DNA from: Eledone cirrhosa
Taxonomy: Eukaryota
Assembly: GCA_964016885.1 (NCBI GenBank)
Contig: OZ024751.1
Coordinates: forward strand, 42,470,001-42,534,000
DNA: 64,000 bases
Direction of reading: 5' to 3'
This document shows, one piece after another, positions 54,031-64,000 of this stretch. The notes under the pieces are model-generated. The model was given only the letters and a program-made list of their open reading frames with translations, did not search any database and had not been told where the DNA came from. Each line of letters begins with the position of its first letter. Positions within the stretch are counted from its first letter, which is position 1. Both the position numbers and the translations under genes were made by a program.

Positions 54031-54617
54031 AATATTTATCTAAAATATGTCATAATTTTATGTAAAAACATTTGTTACGTTAACCTTCAAACACAAGTTT
54101 AATAATGAGAATGATAGTTATATTACTAAATTCCTCCAGATTTACTTTTATTATTTTATTATTTTCAAAATCATAGGCAATGTCTTTTCATTAAAAATAT
54201 GGTAATGAAAGAGATAATATAATGATTTTCCAGAAGTCTTAATATGTGGTACCCACTCACCTGACTAGATAGCATCCTACACCAAATAACATTTTATAGT
54301 CTTAATTAACCCTTTTGTTACCATATTTCTAATGGAAAACCCTGCTTGTTATTTTCAAATCATTTTGAAAATAACCAAGAATTTGAGGAATTTATAGTTA
54401 ATTTTGTTATTATTAAATTGGTGTTTGGAACATAATTTAACAAAAGTTGTTACATAAAATTATGATGGAATATATATATATATATATGCAAAAGTTCTAT
54501 TTAAATTGTTGGGATACAACAAGCAAATATTTTTATAACTGATATAAAGCACTCGACAAGTATTTTGAGTAGATATACGATATTAACAAATGGAAACTAT
54601 ATTTATAAAACCATATC

Positions 54618-54682
54618 TATTTCATTATACATATTTCAAGGATACCAAGTTAAATTATGGTATGCCTTCATCAGACAAAATA
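54618..54682 (-). ncRNA. Identical hammerhead motif (left arm of inverted repeat)
   Basis: Exact reverse complement of 54754-54818. Confidence 0.72.
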
Positions 54683-54753
54683 CAATATAATATATACCAG
54701 TTTTATAAATAATCATTGACGTACCCTTTATAAAACTGGTATATATTATATTG

Positions 54754-54818
54754 TATTTTGTCTGATGAAGGCATACCATAATTTAACTTGGTATCCTTGA
54801 AATATGTATAATGAAATA
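54754..54818 (+). ncRNA. Minimal type-I hammerhead ribozyme motif (right arm of inverted repeat)
   Basis: tattttgt CTGATGA aggcatacca-taatttaact-tggtatcctt GAAA t atgt ATA atgaaata. Confidence 0.72.
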
Positions 54819-54857
54819 GATATGGTTTTATAAATATAGTTTCCATTTGTTAATATC

Positions 54858-54903
<46 letters not shown>

Positions 54904-54995
54904 GAAAATTAAGGAAATTCCTTGGTTCTGTAAGATGCTTGAAATAAAAAGAAGAATGACTTCACTGGTAATTGGTATTTGTTAATAATTCAAAT

Positions 54996-55065
54996 CTTAA
55001 CAGGAAATCGTTAAAGATATTAGTTCTGATATCAGAACTAATATCTTTAACGATTTCCTGTTAAG
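54996..55065. repeat. Perfect 70-bp spacerless palindrome
   Basis: cttaacaggaaatcgttaaagatattagttctgat|atcagaactaatatctttaacgatttcctgttaag. Confidence 0.95.
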
Positions 55066-56150
55066 TAAAGATTTGAATCATTGAAGAACTTCAACAACCA
55101 ATGAAGTCATTCTTCTCTTTTTTTCACACACACACACACACATATATATACATATATATACACATATATATACACATATACCCACACATATATATAATCA
55201 CTTTAAAATATAAACAGTGTTTGTATCATAGAACCATGGCATGTCTCAGGCAGTTTGGTAGTAAAAGAGTCAATCTAATTAAATAACTTCATCTAACTAA
55301 ATAACTACTAAAGTTAATCACTTTAAATTGATAAACTCTTGATTTATTTCAAGTAATTTCAATCATGAATTGAAGCACCAGTAATCTTCAACACCTGCCT
55401 CGTAGCTGTTTATGTATGGAGAACAACATAACTGCTCTAGTATAATATAATATAATAAAATAAATTAAATAAGTTCCTATTGATTTTTGTGTAATACTTT
55501 TACTACAGTTGTTTGTATTGTTAACCTTTTTAAAGAAAGACACATTACATTCATTACTTTGCCTGTGTCAGTAATATTTTCATGGTTGAGAAATGATAGA
55601 TTCTGTGAGGTGGGAGGAAAAAAGGGGTTCTTTCGCTTGAAAAAAAGATGGTTATTGTCTGAAACATAGTAATTGAATTATTTACGTTTATTTTCTCTTT
55701 TGTGTGTGCGTGTGTGTGGAATATTTAAATATTTCCCTATATATATATATATATATATATATATCTTTTAATTTCCAGTGTTTGTTGGTTGTGTACCTAT
55801 ATAGAAAATAACAAACCCACTTAACTCATTTACCAAAAATTCTCTATTTCAAGACTGTAGCCATTAACTTTCTATGAGATTCTCCTTATTGGTAACACAA
55901 TTTCAAGAGTTTCTCTTGAAATACTTAAATAATCTCTAGATTTCTGCATCACATGTTTCAGTGTTCTTTGGGTTTTTATTTTATTTATTTTATTTTTTTC
56001 TTGCTACCATTTTTAAAAATAATCTTTTATAAATAGTATCTAACATTATATAAAAATAATCAAAGTATGGCTGCCATTAAATGACTTAAACCAGTAAAAC
56101 AATGTGTGTGCGTGTGTAAACACACACACACACATCATAAGTGTTAGGAA

Positions 56151-56223
<73 letters not shown>

Positions 56224-57271
56224 GTAAATAAAGAAATGATCAAATTTCTTTTAATGAAACCAAATTTACGATTTTCTCGTTTTTTTATGTTACCCCACAA
56301 ATCTTTCCACCTATTTGAATAGTTTACCGTTTTTACTACATACCTAATTCACTTATTTCCAGGGGCCTGTTTCATAGCTCTGTATCTATACTAAAGGTTT
56401 GAACCCTAATTCATAAATTTATACCTGCTTCATTCTATATCACAATAACTATTTGTTGTCTGATTCCTGATTAAAATTCAGCTGCTATAAAATTTAACCA
56501 GCAGTGAAAAAAAAAGCAGGAAACTAGCAGTGAAGTTATCTTTTTTTTTTACCATTTTTTAAAAACTTTATCTTATCATCTATATATCTGTCTGTCGATC
56601 CATCCATTTATTTATTTATTTATATATTTTATTCCACTAACATTTAACTCTTTTTCTAAATATTTATAATGCTTATCTCTCTTCCTCTCTCTGATAGTCA
56701 TGTCCTCTGGCTTTTGTGTGAAAAGAAGTAAGGGTGATTGTAAGATTGTCTGTCTGTCTGCTTTTTAAAACTTTTTTTTATTGATCTTTCAACATTTTAG
56801 AATGTTTCTTTGGTTACAGCATTGTTCTATTTAAGTTCACAACAGCAATTCTTTCCTCTTTTTTAAATTCTTGGAAAAAAAAAAAGAAAAATTCCCCCCC
56901 AAAACAAAATAAAACTGATTTTCCCCACTCTCCCTTACTCATTTAATTGCTTCCAACAAGTTTTTTCAGGCTAGTGCAGTGATTGGTGTGTCAGTTGTAT
57001 ATATATCTCCAGAAAACTTAACCCTATTTTCCCCAAGGTGTATCTGATTATTTATTATATAAGAAAAGAAAGGAGCCAATCATTACCTTGACCCAATACC
57101 TTGTTTAGTGGAATTTGGTAGGCAAAAATCTATAAAAGCCCATCGTGTGTCCCCTCCTGTTTCTATGTTTGGCTTTGTGTGTGTATTTATATCCCAACAC
57201 TAGTGTATGCAGGATAGAGTACTAAGTGTAGTATACATGAAGGGCTGTGTACTCCAGAGTATTGGAATAAC

Positions 57272-57512
57272 AATGAAGTAGATGTCAGTAGGTCAGATTT
57301 TACCTCATTTATTTGTTACACAATTGCTGTTATACATATTTTGATGAAAATTGTTATGTAACAGTTATGACTTCGTCTGACAGCTATTTCTGTTCACATA
57401 TTAGCTGTCTGACGAGATTGTAACTGTTACATATCAGTTAGTATTGAAATATGTATAGTAGCGATTGTGTAACAAATGAGGTAATGTCTAACCTACTGGC
57501 TTCTACTTCATT
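57272..57512. mobile_element. Degenerate inverted repeat (about 110-bp arms) with hammerhead
   Basis: aatgaagtagatgtcagtagg...cagcta versus tagctg...cctactggcttctacttcatt. Confidence 0.65.
57404..57462 (+). ncRNA. Minimal hammerhead ribozyme motif, partly degenerate
   Basis: gctgt CTGACGA gattgtaactg-ttacatat-cagttagtatt GAAA t atgt ATA gtagc. Confidence 0.6.
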
Positions 57513-58453
57513 CTTGTGTGTGTGTATATCATAAATGTGAGGAAACAATTGACAAAATTATACCTACTTTTTCTTGAAAGTCCCGACTGCAGTTTCGCTA
57601 AATTGTCTTGCAACAATCCTGCACTATAAAAGTGCACCATCGCTGTGAGGTTATAAGGCTTATCAATATATGTATATATATACACACACACACACACATA
57701 CATAGACATATACACACACACACACATCAGATATTTTGGTTATTGACAAATTATTTCTTACAAATGAGACTGACAATCAATTCACTGTACTAGGTCCTGA
57801 GTTGCCATGTTCCTTAATTTGGTTAAATTCTTGAAATGTTACCCATTCCTTTGCATGAACTTCACATAACATCTATTTTAACCTATGTTGCTGTGGTGAT
57901 ATATTCTCACTTTTGCCTTCTTGAAGGGCTGTTTTCCCTACCCCTTCCTCGCTCTGTCTGTAAAACTGTTTTATTTTCTAGGCACTGCTGTAAATATATT
58001 TTTATGGTCATGGTAAATTTTACTTTTATTTTTTATATACACATACATATACATATGTCTATATATATATGTATATTTATATTATATTATGATATTATAT
58101 TATATTATATATATATGTGTGTGTGTATGTATGTATATATATGTATGTATGTATGTATACATATATATATATATATACATATACACATACAATATGGATG
58201 TATATATATATATATATATATATATGCATGTATGTATATGTATGTACATGTATATACATGTGTGTATATATACATATCTATACATACACGTCAGTTGTGT
58301 AATTGCTATTTAACTTTTCCTTCTTAGACATCTCACATAATAAATATTAACTTGTGTAAATTTTGATTTCATAGGTATCAATCAAATCCATTGACGTATA
58401 GATCTTCTTTTTGCATTAATGTGGTTTTGTTTTGTTTTTTTCTTTTTGTTTAG

Positions 58454-58561
58454 CTTCAGGCAACCCCAATTGTGGTCCCGGCGGGATGATGGCCCAACAA
58501 CAGAGTATTCCGCAGCTCAGTGTCTCACAACAACCGCAATATTCACAAATGCCAGGTCCAG
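58454..58561 (+). CDS. KHDC4: KHDC4 low-complexity C-terminal exon: SGNPNCGPGGMMAQQQSIPQLSVSQQPQYSQMPGP
   Basis: T-rich tract then tAG (alternative in-frame cAG, exon start 58460), CAG|GTAAGA donor, phase 1-1. Confidence 0.82.
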
Positions 58562-59949
58562 GTAAGACTAACTTTTCTGTACACACTGATAGAGAAATGG
58601 TGTTGCTAATGTGGTTTCATGTGGTGCAGGAGATTAAGGGTTGAATCTGAACATCCTAGCAGAAAATATCTAAAAATGCGTTTGTTAATTCAAATATTTA
58701 TAGTATCTTTACTAGGGGACAGGTCATTGTGAAAGTGTTTTTACAGTATTAGAGTAAAGGTTTTAATTTTTAATGTGATACACACCCATAGTGCTGTGTT
58801 GTATTTTTTTCAAGAATGTCTTGTTAATGTGGTTTAATGTGGTACAGGACGTTAATGAGGTTAGATTGATTGTGAAAATTTTAGTTTCGCTTTCCTGCAG
58901 CACAATAGTTCCATTATTGTTGAGTACTAAAGTCTGGGAGTTTATATAAAATGTAGAGCACCAACAGACTGGAGTGTGTTTAACTTTACCATTCATCCTT
59001 TTAGTGTTGAAAAATCATCTACTTGTAATAATAATAATAATATAAGTTTAATACAATTAACTATACCATCTCTTTAAATTGCTCTTCTATTTTGGGACTA
59101 TGGTAATTAACTGTAAGTGCAGTTTCCTGCCTAATAAAGAAAACTTAATTGTTTCTATAACTCCTTTTAACAACTGTTCAGAAAGCTATGAAGGCTTCGT
59201 CTTCCTATTTCTGATTAGTTTTATGATAATTAAAAAAAAAAGTAATTTTGTTTTGCTTTATCAACTTTACTATTAACGCAAATGAAATTAGTAATGGCTT
59301 TGATTGGAAATTGATTGGAGCTTTTTTTTTTTAATTTAAAATAACTTGAATTTTTTATATAGGTTCAGAGTTGTGGTTATGGCAGAGCATAAGAATGGCT
59401 TGAACAGCAGAACAAATATTTGTCCAGACTTCAATACTGTATCACATACAACTGCTGCATATTGGCATGTGTAGTAGTGCAGTATGGCTATCTGCTGTTG
59501 TCAGAACAGGAGACTAGGATCATCTGGAGCAACAGATTAGTGGTGGGGTTACATCTGGATAACTATTTATATAGCATAAGTCTGCCATTGTCAGAAGAGG
59601 ACATCTGAGAGTACAAGGCTTCTCCCTGGAGAGGATGCCAGTCCATTGCAAGGTTAAACCCTCAGCTACTGCTGGTACTCATCTCATTTTCAGTTGAGTA
59701 TACTGGAACTACACCTCACCCCTCCACAACAGAAGGATAGAGTTACTAATGGCAGTTTAGGATGAGATGTTGAAGAGCTGAATACTCCCGGTAGTGATAT
59801 ACAAGGTTTTAAACTCATGGCTTTTTACAAATTTCTATAGAGAACATTTGTTGATCTTTAGAGTGATATCTACTAAAAAAGAAAGACCCACTTCCCTCAC
59901 AGTATTAATGCAGTATTAATGTTAATAATGAACTTTCATTAATTTCTAG

Positions 59950-60090
59950 GCCTGCAAACTGTGACATCGTTGCCGCCCACTTTTCAACAAGTTCTACCGA
60001 CATCATCTGTAGTACTTCCAGCCAATTCTCTTCCAGCAAGTCTCACCAGTATGCCACCACCAACATTAGTTTCCCAAGCCTCAGCTCAAG
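59950..60090 (+). CDS. KHDC4: KHDC4 Pro/Ser/Thr-rich exon: LQTVTSLPPTFQQVLPTSS...ASAQ
   Basis: ttctAG / AAG|GTtgga, phase 1-1, open frame (ORF 59961..60173). Confidence 0.82.
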
Positions 60091-61178
60091 GTTGGAGTCT
60101 TGTTTTTGTTTTTTTTTCCAACCTTAAATCATCATCATCATCATCAAAAACATATGTCCATTTTTCATGCTAGCATGGGTTAGACGAGTTGCCCTGATGT
60201 TGTGAGACAAGTCAGATCAGGTGACTGTATCTTGCTCATATAGAACTGTTTCTGGCTTGGTTCCTATGACTGGATGTCCTTAATACCAACCACATTTACA
60301 GCATGGACTAGGTGATTTTTTTTTTTTTCTATGTCGTCGTACCAGAATGATGAACTGACAAGTTGGACTGGGTACTGTTTCATTGTGTTACCAGCATGTA
60401 CTCAATCCTCTTTGTGAAGGGGTAGTGCTGGTGCCACGATAAAATGTACGCAGTTCACTTTGTGAAGTAGTTGGTGTTAGGAAGAGCATCCAGTTGTAGA
60501 AACTATAGCAGATATGAAACATAGCAAGATGAGGTCACCTGACCTGTCTAGAGGTCACCTGACCTGTCTTGCTCCACAGTGTGATAATCAGGAATCCAAC
60601 TGGCAATATGATATTAAGTCCAAGTCAGGCCCAAACCCTTATTTTGACAATGTTTCTGAGACTGAAGCTGTCCCTGTGGTATACAATATTGTTTTAACAT
60701 ATTACTTTTTAATACTTGATGATGTGAGCAGCACATCATCATCATTATTTAACATCCATCTTCCATGCTTGCATGGGTTAGATGGACTGTCATGTTATGA
60801 GACAAGTCAGGTTTGGTGACCATGTCTTGCTCATACAGATCTGTATTTTGGCCTGGTTTCTACAGCTGGATGCCCTTCCTAATGACAACCATGTTACAAT
60901 TTGGATTGGGTGCTTTTTGGCATGTCACCAGCATGACCACCGTACTGGGGGACAGTGTTTTTTGTCGTGTCGCCAGCATTACCACCTTACTGGGGGGCTG
61001 GGTGCTTTTTGTTGTCACCAGCATTACGACCTTACAGGGTGGACCAGGTGCTATTTGTCGTGGCACTGGATCAGCATATACAGGGTGGACTGGGTGCCTT
61101 TGTCGTGGTAACACGTCATTGTGAGAGATCAGATCAGTTAATATTGTTTATTAACTAAATGTTTATTTTGATCTGCAG

Positions 61179-61298
61179 GTTTGGTTAGCTCAGCTAATGC
61201 AGGTGGTTTAGTAATTCCTGTGTCCTATTCCACATCACTAACACCCATGCCAATGGTTTCCAGTCTCTCAACATCACCACTTCTCTCAGTTGGTGCTG
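61179..61298 (+). CDS. KHDC4: KHDC4 exon: LVSSANAGGLVIPVSYSTSLTPMPMVSSLSTSPLLSVGA
   Basis: ctgcAG / CTG|GTAAGC, phase 1-1. Confidence 0.82.
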
Positions 61299-61993
61299 GT
61301 AAGCAATCTAAAAGTCTTCATTATTTATTACACATCATCAGCATTGCCATTTCAACTGTATTTCCCTTATTCATCTGTGTCAGTGTTATATGTATGTAAA
61401 CATACCTACATACACTCTACATTTAATTGCCAGTTCTTTTTCTAATATCTAACCTAGTCATGGGCTGACTGTGACCCACAGGAGGCCCGTTTGGCTTTCT
61501 GAATGGCACACCTAATTTCAAAACCCCCTTGAATTATTTTTATTATTGTGGCCTGTCTTATGATGAACCACATCCTATGTGGCCCACTGCTCGAAAAAGC
61601 TTGTCCCATGTCTGATTTAACCTGACAAGGGTGGTGGATTGGCAGAATTGGTAGAGCGTCAGATAAAATACCATTGCAGTATTCTGTCTCTTTTCATTCT
61701 GAGTTCAAATGTTGCCGGGGTCACCTTTGTCTTCTGACCTAATAGTATTAAAGTTTAGTCAGTTTAGGTCTGCAACCCTCTAGCATTACAGTCTGGTCAG
61801 TTGAGGCCTGTGACCCAGTAGGTAAGGTTTAGAAGCTTTGCAATGAAATATCAATTTAGACTAACATTGGAAGTAAATAGAAAGAAAGAATAGCTAACAA
61901 GACACAATTTTGCCCACTTGTTTACTTCATGGTTGCTGATTCAATTAAAAGTTTCTGGTATTTTCTTCAATGTTTATTTCAATATTATTGTAG

Positions 61994-62137
61994 GTCCTCC
62001 ACCAACTGCTCCAGCTGGCCAAATGGATGCTGGTGGTAGTTTATTACCAAATGCCTCCCTCCCACCACCACTTCTACAAGTCTCTACAGCTCCAGGAATG
62101 AGTCAGTATGCAACTACTACGAATGATCCATTTTTAG
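61994..62137 (+). CDS. KHDC4: KHDC4 exon (last visible): PPPTAPAGQMDAGGSLLPNASLPPPLLQVSTAPGMSQYATTTNDPFL
   Basis: tgtAG / TAG|GTattt, phase 1-1. The gene probably continues beyond the window. Confidence 0.8.
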
Positions 62138-62500
62138 GTATTTTATTTTCTATATTGTTATTAGTTTTAATAAATAAATCAAAATATTTAAAGATATAAT
62201 AACAGTAATTAAACAAATTTTGGGGGTGGGGGAGCAATAAAATGTAGACCAAACCAAACCTAAATTGACCATTATCAGCAAGATGTGGTAATCTAAGTCT
62301 AGCTTCAGTACATGACAACCCATCTAACCCATGCAGGCAAAGAAAGTAGACATGAACCATGGGTATATTTTATAATGCCACCAACAATACCACATTACAG
62401 AGTGTACTGGGTGCAGTTTATAATGTCACTTAAGAGTGAACTTGGTACATTTTATTATGGCACCAACATTGCTACATAAGAGTACTGAGTACATTTTATC

Positions 62501-64000
62501 ATGACACCAACACTACCACTACAGAGTGTACTGGGTGTAGTTTAACCATGACACCAACACTACCACTACAGAGTGTACTGGGTGTAGTTTAACCATGACA
62601 CCAACACTACCACTACATAGTGTACTGGGTGTAGTTTAACCATGACACCAACTACCACTACAGAGTGTACTGGGTGTAGTTTAACCATGACACCAACAAT
62701 ACCACTACAGAGTGTACTGGGTGTAGTTTAACCATGACACCAACACTACCACTACAGAGTGTACTGGGTGTAGTTTAACCATGACACCAACACTACCACT
62801 ACAGAGTACTGGGTGCAGTTTAACCATGACACCAACAATACCACTACAGTGTACTGGGTGTAGTTTAACCATGACACCAACACTACCACTACAGAGTGTA
62901 CTGGGTGTAGTTTAACCATGACACCAACACTACCACTACAGAGTGTACTGGGTGTAGTTTAACCATGACACCAACACTACCACTACAGAGTGTACTGGGT
63001 GTAGTTTAACCATGACACCAACACTACTACTACAGAGTGTACTGGGTGTAGTTTAACCATGACACCAACTACCACTACAGTGTACTGGGTGTAGTTTAAC
63101 CATGACACCAACACTACCACTACAGAGTGTACTGGGTGTAGTTTAACCATGACACCAACACTACCACTACAGAGTGTACTGGGTGTAGTTTAACCATGAC
63201 ACCAACACTACCACTACAGAGTGTACTGGGTGTAGTTTAACCATGACACCAACACTACTACTACAGAGTGTACTGGGTGTAGTTTAACCATGACACCAAC
63301 TACCACTACAGAGTGTACTGGGTGCAGTTTAACCATGACACCAACACTACCACTACAGAGTGTACTGGGTGTAGTTTAACCATGACACCAACTACCACTA
63401 CAGAGTGTACTGGGTGCAGTTTAACCATGACACCAACACTACCACTACAGAGTGTACTGGGTGTAGTTTAACCATGACACCAACACTACCACTACAGAGT
63501 GTACTGGGTGCAGTTTAACCATGACACCAACACTACCACTACAGAGTGTACTGGGTGCAGTTTAACCATGACACCAACACTACCACTACAGAGTACTGGG
63601 TGTAGTTTAACCATGACACCAACACTACCACTACAGAGTGTACTGGGTGCAGTTTAACCATGACACCAACACTACCACTACAGAGTGTACTGGGTGTAGT
63701 TTAACCATGACACCAACACTACCACTACAGAGTGTACTGGGTGTAGTTTAACCATGACACCAACACTACCACTACAGAGTGTACTGGGTGTAGTTTAACC
63801 ATGACACCAACACTACTACTACAGAGTGTACTGGGTGTAGTTTAACCATGACACCAACTACCACTACAGTGTACTGGGTGTAGTTTAACCATGACACCAA
63901 CACTACCACTACAGAGTGTACTGGGTGTAGTTTAACCATGACACCAACACTACCACTACAGAGTGTACTGGGTGTAGTTTAACCATGACACCAACACTAC
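62501..64000. repeat. 47-bp satellite, about 32 copies, running off the window end
   Basis: Unit atgacaccaacactaccactacagagtgtactgggtgtagtttaacc with 2-bp deletion variants. Confidence 0.97.

Larger units (their letters stand above)
54573..54863. mobile_element. Perfect 137-bp inverted repeat with 17-nt spacer, Penelope-like inverted pLTR remnant
   Basis: Arms 54573-54709 and 54727-54863 are exact reverse complements, each carries a hammerhead, and (TA)n runs flank the insert. Confidence 0.7.

Noticed and set aside
43977-64000. CRISPR-like reading of the 21- and 47-bp arrays here (and the 36-bp array at 24696)
   Set aside because: The units are contiguous with no unique spacers, there are no cas genes, and the context is eukaryotic intron.

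Overview
This is AT-rich, microsatellite- and SINE/MITE-dense animal genomic DNA. The repeat landscape suggests an octopus or other cephalopod (inference). The window holds the central part of one + strand, multi-exon gene: the KH-domain splicing factor KHDC4 (BLOM7/KIAA0907). Thirteen frame-consistent coding exons lie between 12817 and 62137. The start and stop codons were not found, and one intron appears to be GC-AG. The introns contain tRNA-derived SINEs, RTE-LINE 3' fragments, mariner-type and TTAA-type MITEs, a non-autonomous Helitron and several minisatellites. The most striking unannotated signal is a dispersed set of short inserts, mostly next to (TA)n, that carry minimal type-I hammerhead ribozyme motifs with a palindromic tetraloop in place of helix III. 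Several are arranged as head-to-head inverted repeats, and two related copies show compensatory base changes. They resemble Penelope-like pLTR or retrozyme remnants. Almost all ORFs in the supplied track are repeat artefacts. Repeat boundaries are approximate.
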